Assembly: GCA_963749655.1 (NCBI GenBank)
Contig: CAVVOB010000019.1
Location: 32,001-96,000 of the forward strand
Direction: 5' to 3'
DNA length: 64,000 nt
Source: Nitrospirota bacterium
Lineage (GTDB): Bacteria; Nitrospirota; UBA9217
Shown: positions 44,207-58,200 of the stretch, in pieces
How the letters are laid out: every line of letters starts with the position of its first letter
Position numbering within the stretch: the first letter of the stretch is position 1
Translations under genes and position numbers: made by a program
Notes under the pieces: generated by a model
Database searches by the model: none
What the model was told of the DNA's origin: nothing
Seen by the model: the letters and a program-made list of their open reading frames with translations, nothing else

Positions 44207-45082
44207 TCAGGAAAGCGAGCACTGTTCGGCGTGATAGGAGCTCCTGACCAGCGGTCCGGCAGCCACGGCGCTAAACCCCATGGACAATGCGCGTTCTCGC
44301 AGCAGGTGGAATTCTTCAGGTGTGTAATAGCGCTTAACAGAGAGATGCTTCTGCGATGGCCGAAGGTATTGTCCGAGCGTCAGGATATCGCAGCCCACGC
44401 TGCGCAGGTCTTCCATGACCGAGATGATTTCGTTCTCCCCTTCCCCCAGCCCGAGCATCAGTCCTGTCTTGGTAACGGCGCCGAGTTTTTTTGCCCTTTG
44501 AAGAAGTTTGAGCGACCGCGCATAGTCCGCCTGAGGACGAACGATCGGATAGAGCGACGGCACGGTTTCCACATTATGGTTCAGGACATCGGGACAGGCC
44601 GAGAGGACCATTGCAAGCGCTTCTTCAGACCCCTGAAGATCGGGAATCAGGACCTCGACCTTGCAGCCGGAGTTCCTGGCGCGGATCGCATTGATCGTGG
44701 CCGTGAACAGCGATGCGCCGCCGTCCTGCAGGTCGTCTCTCGTCACCGAGGTTATTACGGCATACCGCAGCCCGAGAGCTTCCACGGCAGCGGCCACGCG
44801 GTCAGGCTCGTCAAGATCGATGGCCGAGGGCTTTCCCTTCGGGACGTTGCAGAACCTGCACCCCCGGGAACAGGTATTGCCGAGGATCATGAAGGTGGCG
44901 GTTCCCCGGCTCCAGCACTCCGACTGGTTCGGACAGGCGGCGCTCTGGCAGACCGTGTGAAGCTTGCCCTTTCTGACGAGCTGTCCCACGGCCGCGGTGC
45001 GCTCGTTCACTGTCAGGCGTATTTTGAACCACGGCGGCAGCCTGTCGTGCCGTCCCCCCCTACGAAAGTCGCTCAACACCAC
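44207..45082 (-). CDS. lipA: lipoyl synthase
   Basis: CQSAACPNQSEC, CSRGCRFC, TSVTRDDL, NHNVETV, TLGQYL, PLVRSSY. Confidence 0.97.
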   Translation of the reverse strand: MVLSDFRRGGRHDRLPPWFKIRLTVNERTAAVGQLVRKGKLHTVCQSAACPNQSECWSRGTATFMILGNTCSRGCRFCNVPKGKPSAIDLDEPDRVAAAVEALGLRYAVITSVTRDDLQDGGASLFTATINAIRARNSGCKVEVLIPDLQGSEEALAMVLSACPDVLNHNVETVPSLYPIVRPQADYARSLKLLQRAKKLGAVTKTGLMLGLGEGENEIISVMEDLRSVGCDILTLGQYLRPSQKHLSVKRYYTPEEFHLLRERALSMGFSAVAAGPLVRSSYHAEQCSLS

Positions 45083-45088
45083 TCCTTG

Positions 45089-47470
<2,382 letters not shown>

Positions 47471-47542
47471 GGATTTGCTCCTGGTCTGTTTATTGAGTAA
47501 TTTTGTGAAAAAACCGTGCTTTTTCAACTTGCTATTCCTTAT

Positions 47543-47944
47543 CTATTCAAGCTTTTGGAGCGTGATCTTCAGCAAGCCATTCTTATACTCCGCCTTAACC
47601 TGTCGTGGTCTACCGGAGCATGGATTGCAATTTCCGACCTGAAGTCACCGTATTTGATGCCCAGCTGGTGACAGGCGTTCATCTCCGTCGACCGGCTGTT
47701 CCCTCCTCCCCTCCACGACCAGAAGATCGCTGAACAGCGTGACGATCATATCGCTCTTCAGCCACCCCCGCCAGTTCAATGACGACGATGATCTCGTCGG
47801 GCGTTTCATATATGTCCGTCGGTGGACGCCAAGCGATCGTTGAATGCATGGGCCAGACCCGAATGATTCCCAGACCGCTCTGAAATGCCGCATCCGGATC
47901 GTACCTCGCCGGGTATATTTATAGGCAATGTATCGGTAACGCAC
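47543..47944 (-). CDS. Hsp20/alpha-crystallin family small heat-shock protein (frameshifted)
   Basis: AAGGAGGAGG RBS then GTG; WRPPTDIYETPDEIIV, LVVEGRR, KAEYKNGLLKITLQK across frames. Confidence 0.82.
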
Positions 47945-48383
47945 GTGCAGCCTCCTCCTTTCAATGCAAAGCTCTGAACTCATGCTATTATAACTTGTTT
48001 AGACGCTGAAAGAAAAATACAAAAACCGTATCATTACATACTGAAATCTTTTCCCGGAAGCAACAAGACAGCTCGCTTCTCACCGTTGCACCGAAACCGC
48101 TTTCATCTGCTGTACAACGTTCATTTACTGAATCTGCAACAAGAATGACAAAATTTGCTCTCGACAAACCGATGAAATTCTTTGCTATATTCAAAAGTTA
48201 ATCTAGATCATTAAAGTTCATTTATAACAGTTTCCAACCTCATGAACTATACCACACCTTATCTTAATTCCAGCTGATATCATGCGCCTATTCGCAGGCA
48301 GCAGACATCCTCGTCTTAATTGTACCATGCATACAGTATAAAAAACTTGCACAGAGCATAAACAATCTTAAGGAGGATTGACT

Positions 48384-51300
48384 ATGGGAGTATCAAGACG
48401 CGATTTTCTGAAGATCTCAGGCAGCACCGTTCTGCTCGGTTCTCTCGGCGTCAACCTTGATCCTGCCAAGGCCTATGCGCAAGGCCTGAGGATCAAGGAC
48501 GCGAAAGAGACGCAGCACGATCTGCCCGTTCTGCTTCGGTGGGCTGCGGCATCATCGTCCACACCAAGGACGGAAAGGTCATCAACACCGAGGGCGATCC
48601 CGATCATCCGATCAATGAAGGCACACTCTGCTCAAAAGGCTCATCGCTGTACCAGATCATCAACAATCCGCTCCGGATTGACCAAACCCAAGTATCGCGC
48701 ACCGGGCGCAGCGGAATGCAAGGAAGTGGAATGGGACTGGGCGCTCGACGAGATCGCGAAACGGGTCAAGGACACCCGCGACAAGACCTTCAAGCTCACC
48801 TCGAAGTCCAAAGTCAAGGAAAAACAGCCGGACGGCACGGAAAAAGAGGTCGAAAAGGACTTCACGGTCAACCGGACCGACGGCATCGCCCATGTGGGGA
48901 GCGCGGCCCTGGACAATGAAGAGTGCTACATGCTCCAGAAGATGCTCCGGTCCTGGGGCCTGGTCTACATAGAACATCAGGCGCGTATCTGACACTCCGC
49001 AACTGTAGCGGCTCTGGGAGAGTCGTTCGGACGCGGTGCAATGACGAACCACTGGATCGATATTAAAAATGCCGATGTCATCCTCGTTATGGGGAGCAAT
49101 CCAGCATCGAACCATCCCATTTCCATGAAATGGGTCATGAAGGCCAAGGAAAAAGGCGCGAAGCTGATCGTCGTGGACCCCCGCTTCACGCAGACCGCGG
49201 CCAAGGCCGATGTGTACGCATCCATGCGTTCCGGCACGGACATCGCCTTCCTCGGCGGGATGATCAAGTACATCCTCGATAACAATCTCATCTTCAAGGA
49301 ATACGTCGTCAACTACACGAATGCCCCGTTCCTCGTGAATCCCGATTTCAAGGGGCCGGCCGATCTGAACGGCCTCTTCTCGGGCTATGACGAAAAGACC
49401 AGGAAATACGACAAGAAAACCTGGTCCTTCCAGATGGACGAGAACGGCATCCCGAAAAAGGACCCATCGCTCAAGGACCCGCACTGCGTGTACCAGCTCC
49501 TGAAGAAGCACTATTCCCGCTACACCCTCGACAAGGTCTCGAGCATCACCGGCACACCCAAGGAAAAACTGGTCGAGGTCTACAAGCTCTATGCTTCAAC
49601 CGGCAAGCCGAACCGGGTCGGGCACCGAGCTCTACGCCATGGGCTGGACCCAGCACACCATCGGGACCCAGAACATCAGGGCCATGACCATCATCCAGCT
49701 GCTGCTCGGCAACATGGGCATGGCGGGCGGCGGCATCAACGCCCTGCGCGGCGAGAGCAATGTTCAGGGTTCGACGGACCACGGTCTGTTGTTCCATATC
49801 CTCCCGGGCTATCTGCCGACACCGACCGCGTCTGTCGATCGCCCTTCCGGCCTACATCGAGAAATACACGCCCAAGACCAAGGAACCGAAGAGCGTGAAC
49901 TGGTGGTCCAACCGCGGCAAGTACATCACCAGCTACCTCAAGGCCATTTACGGGGACAAGGCGAACAAGGAAAACGATTTCGGCTATGCGCTGGCTGCCC
50001 AAGCTCGATGAAGGCATGAACGCCTCGTGGCTCATGATGTTCGACAAGATGCTCAAGGGCAAGTTCGAAGGCTTCTTTGCCTGGGGCCAGAACCCGGCCT
50101 GTTCCGGCGCCAATTCGAACAAGACCCGGCAGGCGCTCGCCAAGCTCAAATGGATGGTGAACGTCAACCTCTTCGACAACGAGACCGGCTCGTTCTGGAA
50201 GGGTCCGGGCATGAACCCGAAGGATATCCAGACCGAGGTCTTCCTGCTCCCTGCGCATCCTCCGTGGAAAAGGAAGGCAGCCTTTCGAACTCCGGACGGT
50301 GGGCGCAGTGGCGCTACAAGGCCATCGATCCGATCGGCGAGTCCAAGCCCGACTCGGAGATCATGAACGAGCTGTACTTCCGGGTAAAGAGCCTCTACCA
50401 GAAGGAGGGCGGAAAGTTCCCCGACCCCATCGTGAACCTGACCTGGAATTACGGGGAAAAGGACGCCCAGGGAAAGATCAAGGAAGTCAATATCCACAAC
50501 GTGGCCAAGGAGATCAACGGCTACTACCTCGAGGATGTGTACGACAAGACCGTGACCCCGCCCAAGCTCCTCGGCAAAAAGGGCGAGCTCTGCGCTTCCT
50601 TTGTTCATCTGCAGGCGGACGGCACCACCTCATGCGGCTGCTGGATCTACTCGCAGAGCTACACCCAGAAGGAAGGCAAGATCATCAACATGATGGCGCG
50701 GCGCGGCAAGGACGATCCGACCGGCCTCGGCCTGTATCCGGAATGGGCCTGGGCCTGGCCGGTCAACCGGCAGGATCATCTACAACCGCGCCTCGGTCGA
50801 CCCCAACGGCAAACCGTGGGACCCGAAGCGGCGGTCATCAAGTGGGACCCGGTCAAGGAAGATCCGGCGACCAAGAAACCCGGGTACTGGGTAGGAGATG
50901 TCCCCGACGGACCGGCGCCGCCCATGGCGACGGAAAAAGGAAAATTACCCTTCATCATGATGGCAACGGCGTTGGCGCACATTTTCGGCCCCGGTCTCGC
51001 TGACGGCCCCTTCCCCGAGCACTACGAGGCGCTTGAATGTCCGCTCGAGGAAAACTCGATGTCCAAACAGCGGATCAATCCGACGATCAAGCTCTTCGGC
51101 GACAAGGAGGACGCTTTCTTCTCCTGCGATATGCGGTTTCCCTTTGTTGCGACGACCTACCGGGTGTCGGAACACTGGCAGACCGGCGTCATGACGCGAC
51201 ACGAGCCGTGGCTGCTCGAGATGCAGCCCCAGATGTTCGTCGAAATGAGCGAAGAGCTGGCAAAGGAAAAATGCATCGAGAACGGCGAGAAGGTCATGGT

Positions 51301-51535
51301 GACATCCGGCCGCGGCGAGCTGTGGGCGATTGCCATCGTCACGAGCCGGTTCAAACCCTTCAAGATCGCCGGCTCGACCGTGCACCAGGTCGGCCTTCCC
51401 TGGCATTTCGGCTGGCAGTATCCCGAGGACGGCAGCGGCGGTGACAGCGCGAACCTGCTGACACCGACCGTCGGCGATGCCAATACCATGATACCCGAAT
51501 CCAAGGCCTTTATGGTCAACGTCGTGAAGGCATAG
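48384..51535 (+). CDS. fdnG: formate dehydrogenase alpha subunit, selenocysteine-containing (in-frame TGA 48990-48992; several frameshifts)
   Basis: Tat signal SRRDFLK, EGDPDHPIN..LCSKG, EHQARI-U-HSATVAAL..FGRGAMTNHW, INALRGESNVQG, TTYRVSEHWQTG. Confidence 0.94.
48993..49040 (+). promoter_or_regulatory. bacterial SECIS element
   Basis: Right after the UGA: lower stem actgt/gcggt, upper stem agcggctct/agagtcgtt closing a G-rich apical loop. Confidence 0.75.
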
Positions 51536-51545
51536 GGGGAGAACC

Positions 51546-52321
51546 ATGACGACAAATAACAAAAGAAAAGCAATGCTCGTCTACTCCGGAGCTCTGCATC
51601 GGGTGCAGGGGATGCCAGATCGCCTGCAAGTCCTGGAACCAGCTCCCGGGCACGAAGACGAAGAACACCGGGACCATCAGAATCCGCCGGACCTGTCGGC
51701 TACGGCATTCAACATCATCCGCTACAGCGAGGTCCCGTCGAAGACGAATCCCGTGCGCTGGCTCTTCGTCAGCCGGCGGTGCATGCACTGCGACGACGCG
51801 GGATGCATGAAGATCTGTCCGCTCCGGGCGCGCTCTTCAGGACGAAGGAAGGTGCCGTGGCCTTCGACAAGGACAAATGCATCGGCTGCAAGCTCTGCGT
51901 GGCGGGCTGCCCCTTCGATGTGCCCCGGTATGACGCGAAGGACAAGATCGGAAATGCCATCTCTGCGCCGACCGGATCGCCGAAGGCCTGCCACCGGCCT
52001 GCGCCAAGACCTGCCCGACCGGCGCACTCAAGTTCGGCGACCGGGACGCTCTGGTCGCATCGGCGCAAGAAGCGGGCTATGCCAAGAGTGTACGGAGAAG
52101 CGGACCTGGGCGGACTCGGCACGCTCTACGCCTTCAAGGACGCTCCGAAGCTCTACGGCATGAACGAGAAACCGGCCATCGCGGAAAGCGTCATCTTCTG
52201 GCACAAGGTGCTGAAACCGCTGTCAGTCATCGGACTGGGCGGCGTCGTTGCCGGCGCCCTGATCCACTACGCACTGATCGGTCCGCACAAGGATGAAGAT
52301 GAGGAGGTGAAAAAATCATGA
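51546..52321 (+). CDS. fdnH: formate dehydrogenase iron-sulfur (beta) subunit (frameshifts)
   Basis: CIGCRGCQIACK, CMHCDDAGCMKICP, CIGCKLCVAGCPFDVP, PACAKTCPTGA across frames; C-terminal TM anchor. Confidence 0.9.
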
Positions 52322-52927
52322 GCGAGATGGTAAGAAAAGCGAGTACCGAAGAGATCGTCAATCACTGGATCCTGGCCGTAAGCTGCCTCCTGCTGATGAT
52401 CACCGGGTACGCATTCCTGTTCAAGCTGGAGCCGATCTATGCCGTGTTCGGCGGCAACGCTTCGATGAAGGTCGTGCACAACTGGGCAGGCGTGGTTTTC
52501 ACGCTCTCCCTTGTCGGCACGATTTTCAACTATCTCGGAGAATCCCTGACCTATGACGCCGACGACTGGGCCTGGATCAAGATGGGCGGCGGCTATCTGT
52601 CCAAGCACGCGATAAAAGCTCCGCCCATGGGGAAGCTGAACACGGGCCAGAAGTTCTACTATCTCGTGATCCTGGCTGCGGGCATCGTGATCGCCGCGTC
52701 GGGATTTTCCATCTGGCTGGTCCAGGGCTCCCGGGCGCTGACCCTCGTGTCCCACCTGATGCACAACCTCGCCTTTATCCTGTTCGTGGTGGCCGTTCCG
52801 GCCCATGCCTATCTCGGCACGCTCGCGAATCCCGGCACGCTTCAGGATCATGCTTTCCGGCACGGTACCGATCGAATTCGCCCGGAAGAAATATCCCAAG
52901 TGGATGAAGGAGATCGGGAAGATGTAG
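52318..52927 (+). CDS. fdnI: formate dehydrogenase cytochrome b (gamma) subunit (frameshift near 52845)
   Basis: NHW, VHNWAG, GKLNTGQK, HLMHN, HAYL; end MLSGTV...KYPKW-stop in another frame. Confidence 0.88.
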
Positions 52928-52965
52928 TTCCAAGTTCCAAAAGTTCCGGGTTCCAAGTTCAAAAT

Positions 52966-53003
52966 AAAAACCCCGTCTTTGATACCCAAAGACGGGGTTT
53001 CTT
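52966..53003. terminator. bidirectional terminator between the fdn operon and htpX
   Basis: aaaaaccccgtctttg-atacc-caaagacggggtttctt. Confidence 0.8.
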
Positions 53004-53103
53004 ATCTTTCATTCTATATTCCGGATTTACTGCACTCCTGGCCCCTTACCCTGCCCCTTGCTACCGGACCCTTGCCCTACCTAATTCCGCACTCCGAATT
53101 ATT

Positions 53104-53960
53104 CTATCCCCTTCCTCTTGCCATCTCGTTCAGCCGCTTCACCCGCTCTGCGATCGGCGGATGGGTGCTGAAGAGCTTCATCAGACCGCCTCCGGTCAGC
53201 GGGTTCACGATGAACATGTGGGCAGTGGCAGGCTTTGCGTCGGTCATCGGAACGACCTGGGACCCGCGCTCGAGTTTCAGGAGCGCATTGGCAAGGCCCG
53301 AGGGGCTGCCTGCGATACCTGCTCCGCCTTTGTCCGCTTCGAACTCCCGCGTGCGCGAGATGGCCATCTGGACAAGCATGGCCGCGATCGGCGCCACGAT
53401 CATCATGACCAGCGCCGCGATCGGGCTGCCGTCCACGGTCGTCATCACGCCGGCCTCCGCCGAAGATCATGGCCCACTGGGCCATCTGGGCGAGCATGCT
53501 GATAGCGCCCGCGATCGTCGCCACAATGGTGCCTGTCAGCATGTCCCGGTGCTTGATATGCGCCAGCTCGTGGGCGATCACGCCGGACAGCTCCTCGCGG
53601 TTCAGGATCCGCATGATACCCTCCGTGACCGCTACGACCGCATGTTCCGGGTTCCTGCCCGTGGCAAAGGCGTTCGGCGTTTCATCAGGGATGATATAGA
53701 CCTTCGGCATCGGCATGCCGGCCTTCTGGACCAGCGTGCGGACGATGGCATGAAGCTCCGGAGCCTGGGCCTCGGTCACCGGCTGGGCATTGTACATTCT
53801 GAGCACGATCTTGTCGCTGAACCAGTAGGACCCGAAATTCATGATCACCGCCAGCCCGAACGCGAAGATCATTCCGCTCCTGCCGCCGATAGCTGCTCCC
53901 GACGAATACCAGGAGCACCGTCATGAATACCATGAGCCCGATGGTTTTCACTGTATTCAT
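53104..53960 (-). CDS. htpX: zinc metalloprotease HtpX (frameshifts)
   Basis: [44 protein letters not shown]. Confidence 0.94.
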
Positions 53961-54071
53961 TGCTGTTTATTCAACCTCCTCATGAAAAATTGTCCTTTTT
54001 TACTGCTCTGACAAAGTACCACAGTCACCTGCGGCAGTCAAGGAGAACGGACGAGGCGGATCAATTTTCTG

Positions 54072-54100
54072 TTGACAAGGATAGACCACTTTGTTATATT
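54072..54100 (+). promoter_or_regulatory. sigma70 promoter of the tRNA-Gly/tRNA-Cys operon
   Basis: TTGACA-17 bp-TATATT, 35 bp before tRNA-Gly. Confidence 0.75.
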
Positions 54101-54134
54101 TGCAGGGCTTGAAGGGAACAAAACGAGTCTTCAT

Positions 54135-54210
54135 GCGGGTGTAGCTCAGTTGGTAGAGCGCGACCTTGCCAAGGTTGAGGTCACGGGTTCGAGTCCCGCC
54201 ACCCGCTCCA
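54135..54210 (+). tRNA. tRNA-Gly (anticodon GCC)
   Basis: gcgggtgtagctcagttggtagagc-gcgacc-ttGCCaa-ggttg...ggttcgagtccc...cacccgctcca. Confidence 0.95.
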
Positions 54211-54343
54211 TTAATTCAGTCCAAAGTTTTGAGTTCGGAGTTCGGAGTTGACCCCTTTTTCGTAACTTCGGCTCACATTTCCTGGTTTTTACTTCCGGCT
54301 CTCAACTCACAACTCTCAGCGCAAAACTCAGGGCTTAGGTATC

Positions 54344-54419
54344 GGCGGCGTAGCCAAGTGGCTAAGGCAGAGGTCTGCAAAACCTTCATTCATCGGTTCA
54401 AATCCGATCGCCGCCTCCA
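54344..54419 (+). tRNA. tRNA-Cys (anticodon GCA)
   Basis: ggcggcgtagccaagtggctaaggca-gaggt-ctGCAaa-acctt...ggttcaaatcc...cgccgcctcca. Confidence 0.95.
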
Positions 54420-54429
54420 TTTTTTCAAC

Positions 54430-54523
54430 CACAGATGAACACGGATTAACACCAGATCATATAACACGAGAAGTTTATCTCTTCTTCCCGTTTTCTCGTT
54501 TTTCCCATCCGCGTTCATCTGTG
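54430..54523. repeat. hairpin with 9-bp periodic left arm (cacagatgaacacggat / atccgcgttcatctgtg)
   Basis: 16/17 inverted match; similar arms at 28063-28092 and near 60590. Confidence 0.7.
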
Positions 54524-54558
54524 ATTCCAATTCTCATCAGGTCCTTGGTCTTAACCCT

Positions 54559-57500
54559 ATGCATCACGCCGATTTCGTCCACCTTCACCTGCACACCGAA
54601 TACAGCCTGCTGGACGGCGCCAACTCCCTTGATGCCCTGATCAAAAAAGCAATCGACCTGCACATGCCCGCCATCGCGGTCACCGACCACGGCAACCTCT
54701 TCGGCGCCCTCGACTTCTACCTCAAGGCCACGAAGGCCGGCATCAAGCCCATCATCGGCTGCGAAATGTACGTGGCGCCGGGCTCGCGCTTCGAAAAAAC
54801 CGGCACTGCCAGCCAGCACGACGAGAGCTTCTACCACCTCATCCTCCTTGCCCGGAACCAGGCGGGCTACAAGAACCTCGTCAAGCTCGTAACCAAAGCC
54901 TATCTAGAAGGTTTCTATTACAAACCCCGGATAGACAAAGAGCTGCTCAGGCAACACAGCGAAGGCCTCATCGGCATGTCTGCCTGCCTGTCCGGCGAGG
55001 TCCCCCGGCTCCTGCTGCAGGGCAGGTATGATGATGCTAAAAAGGCTGCACTCACCTATCAAGAAATCCTCGGACCGGAAAACTTCTATTTCGAGCTCCA
55101 GGACAACGGCATTCCCGAACAGGAACTGGCAAACAAAGATCTGATCCGCCTCTCGAAGGACACGGGCATTCCCCTCGTTGCCACCAACGACTGCCACTAT
55201 CTGAACAAGGAAGACCACAAGTCCCACGATGCCCTGCTCTGCATCCAGACCGGCAAGACCGTGAAGGACGAAAACCGCATGAGGTTCTCGTCCGAGACGT
55301 TCTACGTCAAGTCGCCGGAGGAGATGAAGAAGGCTTTTGCCCACGTGCCCGAGGCGATCTCGAACACCGTCGCCATTGCCGAGCGCTGCAATCTGCAGCT
55401 CGAACTGGGCAAGTACCATCTGCCCCACTTCCCCGTGCCTGAAGGCTATACCCGCGAGGCCTACATGTCCGAGCTGGCCAGGAAAGGGCTCGAAGAGAGG
55501 TTCGTCGAGATCGAGGCCGTGCGCGGCCAGGGCAGCATCGACCGCGAGGCCTACAAAAAGCGGCTGGAATCCGAGATCGCGATGCTCGAGAAGATGGGCT
55601 TTGCCGGATACTTCCTGATCGTCTGGGACTTCATCCGCTACGCCAAGGAGCACGGCATCCCCGTGGGCCCCGGCCGCGGATCTGCCGCCGGGAGCCTCGT
55701 GGCCTATTCGCTCAGGATCACGGACCTCGACCCGATCCCCTACAATCTCCTGTTCGAGCGCTTCCTGAACCCCGAACGCATCAGCATGCCTGATATCGAC
55801 GTGGACTTCTGCATGGACCGGCGCGACGAGGTGTTCCGGTACGTCATCGAAAAATACGGCCAGGACCATGTGACCCAGATCATCACCTACGGCACCATGC
55901 TCGCCAAGGGCGTGATCCGCGACGTGGGCCGGGTGCTCGACATCCCCTACTCGGAAGTGGACAAGGTCGCCAAGCTCGTGCCGAACACCCTCGGCATCAC
56001 CCTCGAAAAGGCCATGGAGCAGGAGCCGAAGTTCAAGGAGCTCCGGAAGGACCCCCGCATGGCCGAGCTGATCGAGATCGCCCTGCACCTCGAAGGCCAG
56101 GTGCGGCACGCGTCGAAGCATGCGGCCGGCGTGGTCATCTCCCAGGAGCCGCTCACCGAGTATCTTCCCCTGTTCAAGACGCCGAAGGACGAGATCACGA
56201 CCCAGTTCGACATGAAGGGCGTGGAAAAGATCGGCCTGGTGAAGTTCGACTTCCTCGGCCTCCGCACCCTGACGGTCATCGACAAGGCCGTCAAGACGAT
56301 CAACGAGCGCCTTGCAGCCGCGCCCCTGGCAAAGGACGAACGGTTCTCCATCAGCCGCATCTCGCTCGACGATCCGAAGACCTATGAGCTGCTGTCCCGC
56401 GGCGAGACCGCCGGCGTGTTCCAGCTCGAATCGTCGGGCATGCGCGATATCGTGATCAAGATGAAGCCCCAGTGCTTCGAGGACCTGATCGCCCTCGTGG
56501 CCCTCTACCGGCCGGGACCTCTCCAGAGCGGCATGGTCGACGACTTCATCAAGCGCAAGAAAGGCGCGACCAAGATCACCTACGAGCTGCCCGAGCTCGA
56601 GCCGATCCTGAAGGACACCTACGGCGTCATCGTGTACCAGGAGCAGGTGATGCAGATCTCCCGCACCCTGGCAGGCTATTCCCTGGGCGGGGCGGACCTG
56701 CTCCGCCGCGCCATGGGAAAGAAGGACCCCGAGGTCATGGCCAAGGAAAAGGTCCCCTTCCTGAAGGGGGCGGAAAAGCAGGGCATCAACCTGAAAAAGG
56801 CCGAAGCCATCTTCGACCTCATGGCGAAGTTCGCCGAGTACGGGTTCAACAAGTCCCACAGCGCGGCCTATGCCCTCGTTTCCTACCAGACGGCGTACCT
56901 CAAGGCCCACTACCCCGTCGACTACATGGCCTCCCTGCTCACGAGCGAAGTCCAGGACACGGACAAGATCGTTAAGTACATCTTTGAAATACGCCAGATG
57001 GGCATCGACATCCTTCCGCCTGACGTGAACCGGAGCATGTGGGACTTTACCGTGGTGGAGGCCCACGACCGCGCGGTTGTCGAACCGGGCAGCACGATCG
57101 GCTCGATCCGCTTCGGCCTGGCCGCGGTCAAGAACGTGGGCATATCGGCCATCGAGGCCATTGTGGAAGCGCGGGAGCAGAAAGGTCCCTTCACCTCCGT
57201 CTCGGATTTCTGCCGCAAGGTCGACCAGCGAAGGGTCAATCGCCGGGTGATCGAAGCCCTGATCAAGTGCGGGGCCATGGACTTCACGGGCTCGCGTCGG
57301 GCGCAGATGATGGAAGGCCTCGACATGGTCATCGACCAGGGGGGAAAACACCAGGAGCAGGAGGCCATCGGCCAGTTCAGCATTTTCGACTCCCTGGAAG
57401 GCCAGAAGGACATTACCCTGCCTGATGTGCCGGAATGGAAGGAGAGTCAGCTCCTTGCCTTTGAAAAAGAAAGCGTCGGCTTCTACATCAGCGGCCACCC

Positions 57501-58074
57501 GCTCGCGGCCTTCGAGGCGGACATCAAGCGCTACGCCACTGCCACGACGGAGACCCTCGAGAGCATCGCCGACGGCAAGGAAGTCACCATCTGCGGCATC
57601 ATCGCCGGGCTCAAGCCCAAGATAACGAAAAAAGGCGACAAAATGGCGATCCTGAACCTCGAAGACCTCTACGGCACCGTGGAAACCATCGTCTTCCCCG
57701 ATCTCTATAAAACGGCGCAGCACATGCTCCTCACCGACACGCCCCTGATCGTGGCGGGCCAGCTCGACAAGAGCGAACAGGGCAACAAGATCAAGGCCGT
57801 ACGCCTTCACCTGCTGAGCGAGGTGAAGAAAAAGGGCACGACGCGCATGGACATCACGATGAGCGCGACCGGCCTTACCCAGGACGACCTGCTCAAGGTG
57901 AAGACCATCCTGCTGCGCTACCAGGGTGCCATCCCCGTCTATCTCCGGATCCAGAACCCGACGCGCAAGGACTCCGTCATTTCCGTGGGCCGGGACATCC
58001 GCGTCAATCCCAGCGAAACGCTCATCAGCGAGATCGAATCCGTCCTCGGCGCAGGATCCGTTTCCCTGACCTGA
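54559..58074 (+). CDS. dnaE: DNA polymerase III alpha subunit
   Basis: FVHLHLHTEYSLLDG PHP domain, GPGRGSAAGS, PDIDVDF, KFDFLGL, YGFNKSHSAAY; intact 1171 aa. Confidence 0.98.
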   Translation: MHHADFVHLHLHTEYSLLDGANSLDALIKKAIDLHMPAIAVTDHGNLFGALDFYLKATKAGIKPIIGCEMYVAPGSRFEKTGTASQHDESFYHLILLARNQAGYKNLVKLVTKAYLEGFYYKPRIDKELLRQHSEGLIGMSACLSGEVPRLLLQGRYDDAKKAALTYQEILGPENFYFELQDNGIPEQELANKDLIRLSKDTGIPLVATNDCHYLNKEDHKSHDALLCIQTGKTVKDENRMRFSSETFYVKSPEEMKKAFAHVPEAISNTVAIAERCNLQLELGKYHLPHFPVPEGYTREAYMSELARKGLEERFVEIEAVRGQGSIDREAYKKRLESEIAMLEKMGFAGYFLIVWDFIRYAKEHGIPVGPGRGSAAGSLVAYSLRITDLDPIPYNLLFERFLNPERISMPDIDVDFCMDRRDEVFRYVIEKYGQDHVTQIITYGTMLAKGVIRDVGRVLDIPYSEVDKVAKLVPNTLGITLEKAMEQEPKFKELRKDPRMAELIEIALHLEGQVRHASKHAAGVVISQEPLTEYLPLFKTPKDEITTQFDMKGVEKIGLVKFDFLGLRTLTVIDKAVKTINERLAAAPLAKDERFSISRISLDDPKTYELLSRGETAGVFQLESSGMRDIVIKMKPQCFEDLIALVALYRPGPLQSGMVDDFIKRKKGATKITYELPELEPILKDTYGVIVYQEQVMQISRTLAGYSLGGADLLRRAMGKKDPEVMAKEKVPFLKGAEKQGINLKKAEAIFDLMAKFAEYGFNKSHSAAYALVSYQTAYLKAHYPVDYMASLLTSEVQDTDKIVKYIFEIRQMGIDILPPDVNRSMWDFTVVEAHDRAVVEPGSTIGSIRFGLAAVKNVGISAIEAIVEAREQKGPFTSVSDFCRKVDQRRVNRRVIEALIKCGAMDFTGSRRAQMMEGLDMVIDQGGKHQEQEAIGQFSIFDSLEGQKDITLPDVPEWKESQLLAFEKESVGFYISGHPLAAFEADIKRYATATTETLESIADGKEVTICGIIAGLKPKITKKGDKMAILNLEDLYGTVETIVFPDLYKTAQHMLLTDTPLIVAGQLDKSEQGNKIKAVRLHLLSEVKKKGTTRMDITMSATGLTQDDLLKVKTILLRYQGAIPVYLRIQNPTRKDSVISVGRDIRVNPSETLISEIESVLGAGSVSLT

Positions 58075-58200
58075 CCGCTCGCCTCATCCCTTGCCGGTTC
58101 CTACGCTGATGCAAAACCCATCCCCGGCCTTTTCCGGCCTGCCCTGCCCTCCTGTGATAAACTTGAATCAGGAATTGCCGACAGAGGGAGGTAGTTTGCC

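Noticed and set aside
48378-48992. Truncated fdnG pseudogene
   Set aside because: The TGA is at the canonical selenocysteine position and is followed by a SECIS-like hairpin
52318-53502. 394-aa FdnI with long C-terminal extension into htpX
   Set aside because: The family-typical end lies in another frame with a stop at 52927 before a clear terminator
54183-54200. A:C mismatch at the base of the tRNA-Gly T-stem (possible editing)
   Set aside because: A single mismatch in error-prone sequence; cannot be distinguished from a base-call error
54904-57810. 968-aa minus-strand ORF, and similar long antisense ORFs over ugd, rmlB, fba and rfaE1
   Set aside because: Shadow frames caused by high-GC codon bias opposite well-supported genes
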